From Nymphaea colorata (lineage: Eukaryota), in the NCBI RefSeq assembly GCF_008831285.2, contig NC_045138.2, forward strand, positions 3,596,001 through 3,660,000: 64,000 bases of DNA. The letters are read 5' to 3'. The position numbers were made by a program, and so were the translations under genes. The notes beneath the pieces are model-generated. The model had not been told where the DNA came from, made no database searches, and worked only from the letters and a program-made list of their open reading frames with translations. Of the stretch, positions 1 to 13,000 are shown piece by piece (the first letter of the stretch is position 1; each line of letters begins with the position of its first letter).

Positions 1-59
1 TGAAAGCCATTATGAACTTTTTATTGCAGAAAGAAAATCAAATGGGTCGGGCATTTTAC

Positions 60-720
60 CGAAGAGAAAGGTGGCAGGAGTTGCCTGGGAGGTGGACGGA
101 CAGAGAAGAAAGAAATTTGAAATTCGAAACTTGAATGAGAGCACGAATGAAATGTCTCCTCTCCTCTGCAAGCAGCTGGGTCCCATGTGTCTGTGATGAC
201 GAGACTGCTACAGTACCCGAGCCACCGACACGGCCATAAATCGTATTCCTCATCTGGTTCGTCACCTTCCTAAGTTCCCTGAGCGCAACTGGATGCGTCG
301 CAAGGGCTGAGGCGAGCTGGCGGATATCGGAACAAGGGAGGGCCTCTCTGGCTCTCTTCCTTGCGTTTTTTCAGTCTTTCTAAAAGCCACCCATTAGTGG
401 CACTAGGTTAACTTTACGTAAATAAAAAAAAAACATCATGCTCAAATTTGCCATTGCTGTGGCCTTGGTATAACGGGTTGATGGCACCATTCGCTTTTCC
501 CTCTCTGTTCTCTCGAAGCTGGTTATGCGAAAACGCAATCTCATATAGAGTTGTTCTCTGTAACTTTTTGACACAGTGGCCACTCGTAGAAAAACGTGGC
601 GCGGGGTCAAATTTTGAAGAAATTAAGCATTCAACTTACCTTCAGCCACAATCGTCCTTGCAGAAAACCCCTTTAAAAAGAGCATCCCCGCCTCTCCCTC
701 TCCCTCTCCCAACCGGGCAG
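60..720 (-). other. Possible 5' end of an unidentified gene running off the left edge
   Basis: GC-rich block 660-830; strong minus-strand donor GAAG|GTAAGT at about 638; candidate acceptor TTTTAG at 380; GC-richer exon-like segment 379-130 with ATGs; further donor-like sites at about 130 and 59. No recognisable protein. Confidence 0.3.
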
Positions 721-2051
721 GTAGGTTGGCGCTTTGCGGGCGCGTCCCTTCAATCGATTTTTCGGGTTGAGGGGCCGCTGGAGGCTAAGTGGACCAGCGG
801 TGTCCCCTCCTCCCTTTCCCCGTTTCGTAAACTTGGTGACAGCCCGATTCTATTTAATGCATTTCCATTTGATCGGTTTTCACTCTCTCAACTTTCAGAG
901 CATCTGTTCCCACGTTTAATTGAATTACTATCTCGTGGGCGGTTCTCATACTCTGGTAAACCTGCACAGGTATAAAAGGGCTCCAGCAGCTTAGCAAACA
1001 ACCAGTGTTTATGAAGGCGTGGACCAATTTAGTCCCATAAATTCTTTCCATTTTAAAATTAGACAAATTATCACCCACATTAGTTGTTTCGTAAAGAATA
1101 TACAATCATGTAACCCGGTTCAATAGAAAGTATGCAGTCAAACTCTCAGGGACCACGGGTTGTTAATCCAAAAAAAAATAATATGGTTTAGAAAGTTTCC
1201 ATGTTTTCGAGTTTTAAAGCCAAGCTGTAACTTAAAAAGTGGGGAACAAGAAGTTTTATGCCAAAAGGACCACAGCGACCGCATTATGTACACCATAAAA
1301 ATAGTGGCAGGAAATTATGCTCTTAATGAACACTTTTGCGACAATTGATTGTACATACAATTTACTTCGAATCTTGCATTGCAATTTTACAATGTTAGTA
1401 GTTTTAAGAAACTCCAACTGGGTAGAAGCGTTCTGCGCGATTCGAAACCTATATATTAGTCGCGATTTACATCTTTTCACAAAAAATGTCTTTTGAGACG
1501 AGTGTTCGATGCAATTTCACCCACTGGTTTTCTGTTCACCAGAAAACTTGAACATTTTTTACAGACTTAATTTGCGCATCGAACCGATTCACTTGAACCA
1601 TCAAAATTCTCTTCGAATACAACGCCATGGAGAGAGATATGCCGGTCCATGAGGATGTCGGAATGCTTAAGGGAAAAGAACGCAAGTGCACAATCACCCG
1701 AGTGAAATTGGTGAAAAGACAAACTTGCAAACGATTGAAATACATGCTAACTATTTCTTTCTCTGATCATTGCCAATTGCTATATTAAACACAGAACCTG
1801 CTGGCTCCCAAGTTTAATGGGAAAAAAAATAAAACTAAGACCAAATAGGACAAAATGCCACCTCAAAGAAGAAAAGGGAAATTGTGCACCCATCTGCATC
1901 TTGGGGCACAACAAAATCAGAAAGACTTATGGCTTTGAGGACCACATCCATAAGACAGATTCCCCCCTCCCAAGACTGCAGCCATGCATACCTCCACAAA
2001 GGCACTTTAACAATGTCATCATCTCAAAACAATTCCAGTATCAAGCAAGCC

Positions 2052-5000
2052 TCACTCATGCCGAACTGCGTTGTATTTCTCCGCAAGGATTGGATTTTTT
2101 GTAATCGACATCATCAGCATTTTGAATTTTGGACTGCACTCTCCACCACTGCGCAGTACCAAAGAAGATATTAATGCATATAAGGGAAGAATAACACGTG
2201 CCAGGACTCTTACACAGAATAGAAAGCATTATCCACCATGAAAGCAAAAAGAAAATCAAAGATGCTTTCAGTTAGAGCTAATTGGTGCAAAATCTAGGAC
2301 CAGACGTAAATATCGACCACAGTTGAAAGTTGAAATATAAATGAATGGAGAAACTTGCAAAAAACGAGATTAATCTGGAAACTGGAACCATCATTCATAA
2401 ATAAAGAAGAAAAAGAAATTAGCAACTACCACGAGTTTTGCTGAATTGACTATTAATTCCATGTAACAGAACACGTAACAGTGAACAAACGCAACAATGA
2501 AGGTTAAGAGATAACCTTATGTGATTCAAGGAGGCAATTGCTCGAAGAGCACTCCTGATCATGTCCTCATTACGATCTACTTCCTGCTTAACAGCATCTT
2601 GCTTCGGCTTGTGATTTATGGTTTTCTCTAATGGATCCACCAATGAATCTAAAACTGAATAAGAAAGGAAAAACATACAAGGAAATGTCATTGTAGCTAC
2701 CACGACAACATGGACAAGTGACAAATTTATTAATGTAAGACGTAATTTTAGTCCACATAGAAAGATATCAATTCTATAAAGTATAATCCTCAAATGTATC
2801 AGTTAATAATAGCATAGAAAAGTAAAACAAATAAACCACAGTAATGCATATTGTACTGCTGTGTGGTATAACCACATCATTACAGTATAATACAGGAGGA
2901 AACAGAAACAGATGTATACATGTATACCTGCTAGGACGGCAGATGGACATTTTTCAGCAAGTTTTGAGAGGATAAGGTGACATGGCATTTTAACATCATA
3001 ATGATCTGCACGCACAAAAACAAATTAAAAAAAGAAAGAAAGAAACAATGCATGGATCACATAAATAAGAAAAAGTCACTCCATACCACGGAGGAATTTA
3101 ATTTGTAATTTTGGAGATCATGTGCCAACAAAATGACGAAGAAGATGCAAACAGTAGAATCGCACAAAAGAAATTATTCCCAAAATTTCATGTAGAAAAA
3201 ACATAGAAGCAAATGCATAACCTGGTAAACAATGCCAACACATCACATGCATAGCATGGCAAACAATTCCAACCAGCCGAATAAAGGTGACTTCCCAGCT
3301 ACCACAAGACCACCTTCTTCCAACTACATGGTGGCAGGTTACTAAAGCAGTTATATTTCTCTTTCTCAGATTCATCCGGTTCAAAGCTACAAAATTTGGT
3401 CACTAGACTCATACAAAGTATTTACAGATCAACCTTGATTTCCCCTTCCAAGTGTTCAAAGGTCTTCATCTACACATAGCTTCCTTATATGGGCATTTCG
3501 TATTGCCCTATCCAACCATCTGCAGAACAAGTCTAAACTCTAAATCCCCTTAATCGGCATTCCCAATGTTCTCAGTTGATGGTATTAAAGCAACCCAATG
3601 TTACATCTGTTCCTGAATTTATTATAGCCTTTCTTGATAAATTCCACACATCCATCTCCATAATGTGTATTCCCATCAAGGATTCTGCTTTCTGTTGCCC
3701 ATCAATTTTGGCAAACTCAGAAGAATGTAGAAGTTCCAGTCTATCTGAGGCTCAGATGACTTCTGTTCGGAACACTCAGCCATCACATTTTCGTTAGCCT
3801 GTCATCACAACAGATAGCAAAACCACCAAAAATCATGCTAGTAATACATTCTCAATTCTTCTTTCATCATGTCACATTGACCTAACTAGTTTTTTTCTTT
3901 GGTCCTATTAATTCTAAACCATTTTTTCAATATATGCATTTGCAGATATAGTTTCTTCTATTTCATCCTTTGCATCGACTAGCGATTGTGATATATCATA
4001 TTCATCTCAGGAATCAAATGCAGCTTTGTCTACGTCCTAAGGCAAATCAAACTGGGCATGAACCAGCTTTATGCTTTAGAATTTAGATTAACCTTGACTA
4101 GACTAAGAAGCTGTAACCAAAAGAAAGTAGAGATCAGCTGCCCATTTATTCTCATCTTAGCTTTCCTTTTCCTCACCTTCAGAACTTGACACATATTAAT
4201 GTTTGCCCATAATTTGGAAAAAGAGAAGGCTAAAGTAGATGATTATGATTTTCTTCAGTCTTCAGAACATTGCAAAATTACCAACTTGAATTATGACCGA
4301 AAGGATCTTCTCAAATGAGATTCAATTGTATTCTTCAAGGCTTCGCCCTTCACAACCGCTAGCAGAGGAGAGAATCAGGTTTACACTTGAGTGGGGTATG
4401 GAATGATTCATCACCGAACGACAACAATCATGACAGTAATATGACAAAATTTGATATCAAGATCAACACAAATCGCAGTTAAAAGCACGAAAAAATTTGC
4501 AAGAATGCACAACGTATTAACTATCCCATGAATCCCTGATTAACACAGTAAGCATATGAACATGAAGACTTTTATCTGAGTATAGAAAGCAGCTTCCTTT
4601 TAATGAAACACTTTTCTATACAAATATGAGGATCAAATCAGTGAAGTAGTGCAACACTTCACATGCCGATACACAATCACGCACATCCAGAAGAAATATG
4701 AACAAGGATGTCATCAAGGGAACATGGACTAATAGTATAAAAATAGTATGAAAATGAGGCATAAAATACGCACCATCCAACCCAGACTTAAGGTATGGAA
4801 CTATGAAAGATGATGGATTAACTTGATCAAGACAACTGTCAAGTAATGTATCGACGCACTCGAAGGCTGCCTTTCTCAGCTCAAGACCATCATCAACAAC
4901 ATGCTTAAAAGGACCAAGATCCACGGTCCTGATCATTTCTTGCTGCATCAGAAAAAGCAAATTTTCTTACTTCATAAGTCCAGGAAATGAGAAAATAAAC

Positions 5001-8000
5001 TCAACAAGATGTGCTTACCTTAACCACCGTCTGATCATAAAGAAGTGGAAGTAATTCAGGAAGAAGGCCCTTGATAAGGTTTGGCTTATTATGAGCCGCT
5101 GTACTAAGAGCTAAAACAGCTGCTCGTCGTACATGCTACAGATAAATATCAAAGGAAAGAGAACCAAGAACCATGAGGCAAGTTGCAGAGACATTACAAA
5201 AGACCTAAAGAGAGCAAACTGCACCAGGATGTAAAACATACCCTGTCATCATCCTTTATAAGCATCAGAAAAGAAGAAATGGATGGATACAGAAATTCAT
5301 CAATTTTCTCTGGACGTTCAACAATAGAATATTTCACAGCAATCACAACAGTAGCTCGTGTGAAGGCAGTTGTGCTGCTTGTTCTCATCTGATGGATAAA
5401 GATGTCAGAAAGATATAAATTAAGAACAAATATTCTAATTCACAAAACAGATTCTATCAACATAATCACATCTCACACAGCTGAATGCAACCAAACTCAA
5501 AGCAGTGTTTTCAAGTTAACGTAATAGCTTTTCAAAATGTATAATGGCAAGACAAATGCAAAAACGAAGCATACTTGACTCTAACTCCAAAAATATAAAA
5601 TTTGAGATGCATGACCTTCAATGCAGGTATAAGCTTCTTAGGCTCAATCAAAGCAATTTTCCCGAGACATTCGGCAACCACATTGCGGACCCCCTCCTCT
5701 TCACTTTCACAGTGAGTAAACAACAATTTAAGAATTTTCTCAACATTTCTATCCTCTAGTTCTGCCTGGCCAGTTATATCTACTGTCTGTCTTGCTATCA
5801 CCTGGAAAAGGACAAAAAAAAAAGGTTCAGCTTAAAACTGTCAAGATGCAACTAAGTTCTCTTCACTATCATTACATCTACCTCCTTCAAAGAATGAAGC
5901 AAGAGATACTGTTTCTTTTGTTGGTTATCAATTTGATCCAGAATAAATGGCAGGTATTTTGATAGATTTCCAACAGCAATATTCCCCAGTGCATAAGAAG
6001 CTGCAGATTTGATCTCTTCAAAGGGTGACTGAAAAGACTCGATGACAATATTCTCAACATTCGCATGTGAGCTAAGATCTCTCCTTCTACCAATTTCTCC
6101 TAGACACAGCAACGCAAGGTGCTGTTTTGCCTGAAATGCAAATATAAACAATAAAAAGTTATAAACTTCTGCATATAAAGATTAAAAGTGACAGCGTGCA
6201 TGTGGAGAGAGGGAGAGAGAGATGAGCATATACAACTAACATTCTAATTCAAATACAAATCTGACAACCTATAAAAACAAAAATTCACACTTTACGCTTC
6301 AGAATATAGATCTTCTGGCCAAGCACCAATACTAGGAACAGCAATGAAGCATTAGGTTAGGAATCTGTAGCATCCATAACCGTTGATATACTTCTTCAAA
6401 AACAAACAAAATGAAATAAAGAGGCTATATGTAATTAAAGAGGCTCCTATCCTCATACTAATTTTATTAGATCTCACCAGAGAAAAATTTCATGTGACCT
6501 GCACCACTCGATAGTTTAGTGCAGTTGATGCAGGAAAGAGCTTTTTCCAAGTGATTCCTAATGGATCATGCTGGGACTACCAACCCAGTTGGCTGCTCCA
6601 TGTGAGCAACGTCCAACTGATACACTGTTTTGGAAATTATGAAATTGTCTTAATGCTCATGTTTTCTTCTGAAATTTGCCAGCAGTTAGCAGCATTAACT
6701 ATCCTAAACTTGGACAGATTTCAAACCGAGGATAAAATCTGACAACTTGCATCTGGTCATAATGCATTGATGGCACATAAAAATAAGTATCAGCAGCAAG
6801 GAGGAAATTTGGATATATTCATAGTGATAAAAAGGCACCGCAATAAAAAAATGTTCTACCGACAGGGAAGTTGGGTGTTAATAAATAAACTGATATATGA
6901 ACAGCAGATGACTATACACGATTGAGGAACTGAGCAGTCAAAAAGTAAACTGCTATAGAGGAAGCAGAAAGGACAATACTAACTACAATAGGCCATTACG
7001 AAAGAGTTTCTACCTAGGCACAGATTTCAGTTACTCATACAATGTATCTGAGACGAGCAAGTTCATTTAATGAAAGAAAATTATCAATAGAACTTAATAC
7101 ATGAAATCTGCCATAATAAGCCTTACGTAATTGTTAAAATTCCCCAGGTCATCTGGATTAAAAAATGTTCATTCTACATATTCCATGAAGTCATGCACCT
7201 TTCTCCATGTAGACAAACAACAACATCCTGATGAGTACTGGATCTAGTTTGTAGATAACCTATTAGATATGCATATAAGCAGAACTACCAGGGTCTATAA
7301 CTTAAAAGCATCATGTACATATTTCAATTACCCTAGAGGCTAGCTATGTAGGAGCATATTACCGAGTTAGTGCTGCTATCATCCTTAAGGATGTCCATCA
7401 GCATTCCAACTGTTATGTCACATTTCCTATCACCAGCTGCAAGACAGAGAACAGCAACACATTGAGCCACAGAATAGAGAGCCTGTTTTGCAAGACCACC
7501 AGATTGCGGAGATGGTTTGGCACTTGAAAGGAGAGAATCCAACAGAGTATCAAAGCTAGTATTTGCTGAGCAGACTAATGCTTCAAAAAAGCACTGTAAT
7601 GCCTGCAAAAGAGTTGAACTTATTAGCTCCTAAGGTAGCATGGACAAGGACTAAATATTCAACTTAAAGGACAAACAAACCTGAAGTGCTTGACCCTGCA
7701 ATAAGGAGCTCCTCACTAGGATGAGAGCTTGAGGGAGAACTTTTGTTCTGACAGCAAAACCAACATTTTGGCTTGATTTCCTATTAGCCATCATTGTGCA
7801 ACAAAGCTCCAAAGCTAAAGCTGTCATATGCAAATCAGAATCACTGCAACAGAATAGAACTGGTAAGAAAGGAATCGACAGAATGCTTAAATAAATGCTG
7901 CACAGAAAGACAAACCTGATCAGAGTCGAAAGTTCTGCAATGATAACTTCATAAATAGAGGAACTGATTCTGTCACCATAAGCAACAATTAAAGAATTGA

Positions 8001-10008
8001 GTGTACCCAAGGATGCTTGCCTCAAAGCTCGATTTGCCTGAAACAACAGAAGATAACTTTTTATTTGCATCTATCTACATGATACGTTAACTAGATTTCA
8101 AAACCTTATTGTAGTTAGACTGTAGCTGAAAAAATGCACCTTGCGAAGGAATGCTGTTAGCTCTGCAAAAACATGCTCCAAAACACATGATAGATCAATC
8201 TTAAGTGGTGAGCATGCAATGATAGAAAATGCCTGCATGGACAAATATAAAAAATAAGAACAAGTATATATAGTATATTCTAAATGTCGTAAAAGGCGTC
8301 TTTTTCGAGACAAAGAGAAAATTGTACCAAAGAAAACATATATGAAACTAATCAATGCCAGAAGAAGCAGATTCTATACCCACTCAAATAATAAATAGGT
8401 TCGCTGCGAATAGGATTTCTAGATTACTGGATGTAGATGAAATTGAAATCAAGTGCCTACGCAAACAAATCATGACACAACTGGCCAGCATAGACTAAAA
8501 ATTCAGCTAGTCCCAGCTTAACAAATTGGATGCCAACTGATTAAGTAATCAATGTGCAGTTTCCTCATGCTAAGTGCCCTTCTTAGTTAAGTAGTGAATG
8601 GAACATGTTTATGCGTTTGTGGCACCTTTGTTATTTGCTTCATATAGTTTTTATTCAAATTAGTCTAACTGTTATTATTTCCATTTATATGTGCATGTTA
8701 CTTCCCCATCTTATACTTGAAAGCCGAAATAGTATGATTAAGGTATATAATTAGTTTGCACTTCTAATTGTGGTATATAATTCCTTTGCATTTTCAAACG
8801 CTTTAAATCATGTTTCAACTTTCAAGCATGAAAAATTAGTTTTATGCTTTCTTATTTCTTTCTTACGGACTATGTAAGATCCGTACTTCCACATATGGTT
8901 TTATAGCACGACTAAGGTTTCGAACTTTCAACTACCTAATTTCTAGATAACCCCGCTAGCAAATAGGAAAGCTCCCTATGGTGAAGCCTAAAACTTGCAA
9001 TCGAAAAGCTCTTTGTACTCTATCCCACTAATTATTTTATAAACGCAAGGGGAAACATTTTACTCGAAGATTTCGCTGTTCAGGACAACTGACACAAGAA
9101 TAGAAAATTTCTCCTTTGCTGCAACTGTAATTTCTGCTGTGGCTTTAAGTGTATAAAGAACTAAAGAATAAAGATCCGCCAGTATACAAGAAAGAAAAAT
9201 AACAAAGATCTTTCTTTCCAGCAACACCAAAGATTATAACTCACAATGTTGAGCTCCAATATAGCACCCAAACTACAAGATGAATATTACAAAAAAAATA
9301 GGTCAAATGAATCACCTGTTATTCATCTAAAGACTTCACCAGACAGAATAGTTGCAAAATGGAAAAGAAACAAGAAGGACAACCACATCATGGACATCAG
9401 ATGCTCTCTCAGATTTGACCAACCGAATTAACTGATACCTTGACTGCCGTAAGTCGTGTTATCTCATTGCCCATACGATCCACAAGCAGTGGGAGACAAG
9501 TTGATAGCTCTGTTTGAAGGTTGTCCCCAAAGGTTGAAACCACCAGACCCATGCAAGAAATAGCACATTCTTTAACCTCCTGAAAATGAATTCTTCCATA
9601 AGAAATATCCTAAGAAAACAGATAAGGCATGAGGAGATGATTTACAAACCTGGTCCTGGTCTTGGTTTGCCAACCGTCCTAGAATGGCATTATAGATTGG
9701 ATGAACGTATGGCTTAAAATCAAAGGCACAAACCTGTACACACAGCAGTTTTTGTCAGAGGTGCAAGTTGAAGATTCCTTCAAAAGAAATCTGTCAGTAA
9801 AAGAATTTGTTACCTCAAAACTTGGACGAACAACACGAACAAGTTCTCCACATACCCTTAGTGCCTCCGCGGTGACCTTATAGTACCTTTCACTCACAGC
9901 GGCTAATACAGGACTAGAAAGTGACTACAAATAAGAACCACAAACAGTTACCATTATCATCATGGACATAAAATATCATGTTAACAATTGTCAAAAACAA
10001 TGAGTGGG

Positions 10009-10042
<34 letters not shown>

Positions 10043-13000
10043 CTATCGTAAAGTAAAAGGAAAGAACAAAATTGCCAGCACTAAACCCAAACAGGGTCTC
10101 ATTCCACTCCTTTGAGTTGTGGTTCTTTTTACATTTCTCCCAATACCAAACATTCCAATATGGCAGCACTTTAGATCAAGCTGATAATAGCAGAAAAACA
10201 TACCGGAATAGTTCAGAATAAAAAAAATATATAGTATGGCAACAACATCACAATATTATCATGGCAATATCACTCATTTTTGCAGGTTTCTTAAAATAAA
10301 TCACTTGTGTACACTTTAAGTAAGTTTTCCAAATTGTCTTGCTTCTTTTATTTAAAAAGAGAATGTTCCTTCATATGTTACTAGAGAACTGCTAAAATAC
10401 ATTGTTTTCCTCTCTTCATAACATCCAAATTTTTCAAGATTGCCCCAACATTGTTCTGGGAACACCACATATTCAGAAAAAAAAAAAGCTGAGAGATGAG
10501 TGAGTATAAAACTAGAATCTTTTTTTTCTTGTCGGCTCTCTTCATCTTTCTCTTCCTTTCTTTTCCCTCTCCTCCTTGGCTCACGACTCCCTTCTCCTGG
10601 TTTTTCCCTCCTCAACCATTCCTCCTTTTTTATTATTTCCTCAATCATGTGTTGCTTGAATGAAAATCCTCTCACAAAATTTGGTACCATCTTTCGAAAA
10701 GCATGTTATGATAATGCTTCAGCAACAACTTTTTTGCAAAAGAGAAAGCCATATGAATGAACACATTCACATAAAAGATACACTCCATAAAGAAATAGGC
10801 ATGCATGCAGAGATGCGTAAGCTGGGGAATTGATTCCTAAAGCCACCATGTCCATCCAGTCATCAGAAAATGCAGAATGACATAATTTTAATCAGACTTT
10901 GGACAGTAAACTTAGAAAGGCCGGAATATTTTATTCAATAGAAATAACTAAACATGCATCGAAAGGAGAACCAAAGAAAGGAAGGAAGAAAATGAAGATA
11001 TTGGTTGCACTTACATTAATGTGAGGGTGAAAAACGGAAGGTGAATGCGAAGCCATAACCAGTCGGGTAAATGTAAGAGCTTCAATCTTAAGATTTGAGG
11101 TAGAAGATTTATCCTGGAAATTTTAGAATGAGAAATTATAGCATGATGAACTTAAACTATTATAGAAAAATGAGAAGCAAAACAACAATAAGTTCCAAAC
11201 TTGCACTGTAAGAACAATCTTACATTTAATGCCTTTTCAATGCCAGGGACCAAAGATCCAATATGATCATCTAAGCAGTTTGGTAAGACAACCACAAGTT
11301 CTTTCAACACTGAAAATGCACCAACCTGCAGATGAAGATCCTTAAGGAAAAATCTGCTTATAATCGTGCAAATGAGAAACATTGTTACCATTTCACCTTT
11401 GTCTTGATGGACTTCTCCCGAAGCTGCCTATTTAGAGATCTCACAATTTTAGGCACTTCATTTTTCAACAACCATAAAGGGCTGCAAAAATCATGAAACA
11501 TTTCAATGATCTCCAAAAAAATTACTTGTTTCAAGACAATCAAAAAAGTAAGATCATTGAAAGAAAGACAAACAATGCAAGTTCTTTAGTTGACAGAAGG
11601 CATACAAGTGTCCAAAAATTAATTTGCTTAGAACAATTAAATGGGAGCAAACATGCAGATACATTAGGCCAAACAGCAATACTTCATAAGACATTTGCTA
11701 CAAGATTTAAAGAGTATCCAAAATGCCCAAACTCGCAGTTGATAAAAATGTGATGCATTTACTTCCAGTTCCGAGGTGTATGGTTCAAGAGTTCTATAGG
11801 AAGAATTGACATCCCAACCTTTTTCCTTGTTAGATAAAAATAGGCTTCATGATCATGAGTTGCCATTTGTTCATTATAAATTCATCAATGAGAGAAAAGG
11901 CAAAAAAAGTGGATACAGGAAGAGTTCAATACAAGCTAGCCGGAAGAAGATGGATTCAACACGAACTTGAATGTAAAGGGACGAAAAACAAAAATTTGGC
12001 CATGAAGGAGGCATACAGAGGTCAAAGTTGCAGGGTGCATTTTGCCATCCTTGCAGTTATCACATGGTTAGATACATACACAAACGAACACACTCATATA
12101 ATGACAACTACAAGCAATCACTGTGGTGTTACAAACCAATAAGAACGTTTCCAGGTTAAATGTTTAACTGGTTAAGAAAAACTAAATCCAACTGTTTACA
12201 AAATTCCATGTATATTATGTCACCATTACTCTCGTCAAGTGGAATGCATCACCATGATTATCAGTATTCTGATGCATTCTTTTATTTTAACTGAAGCAAC
12301 CACCATGGTTTCATGGTTTTCATCAAACAATATGGATGTCAATAGCTAAGGTCCAGTTCAGGCATCCAAAACATCCCAAACTGTTTGATCGGATATGGTG
12401 ACAAAAAGATCTAAATCCACTATTTAATCAGTCAGAATTTGGTTTAAAATGGTAATACTCACCAGGACTCGCTTTCAAATTGAAATCCATAAACAAATGA
12501 ACCATGTGAAAAAGCGAGTACAACAAGAAAGACAATTGAATTCGTCAAGCATAAAATGCCACAATTGATGACAGTCACCATCCGGCTAGCTGAATGCATC
12601 AGATATACAGCTTACGTATTTCAGTACATAGATGTATTCAAGCTTCTTTTAAATGTTTTTCAGTTCAGATTTGAGCACCGTTTCCCACTCAGATACCGTT
12701 TCATCTTCTCTACTTGATGTAGAGTGTGATTCCAATAAATAGGTCTATGTGATCAGTGATTAGATGGATGTGCTGATGACTAATACCAAGCCAAATTCAG
12801 CCCATCCACACCTTTACCAAACAATCCAAATAAGCATACCATTCAAGCGAAGAAAATTCATGTGGTCCACAACATCAATCTCGAGCTTGTTGGAAAGCTT
12901 TGTCTAGTACTAGATATGTTCAGAAGGTAGAATTAGACCATTTCTTGTAGTACATGGTTTAATAGTGGCTATTGATAAAGGTATGCACAGGAATTATATT

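Noticed and set aside
448..975. 175-aa plus-strand ORF
   Set aside because: Non-ATG start, spans a GC-rich promoter-like block, no recognisable domain.
9952..10716. Possible hAT MITE (CATTATCAT...ATGATAATG)
   Set aside because: No convincing TSD; boundaries unsupported.
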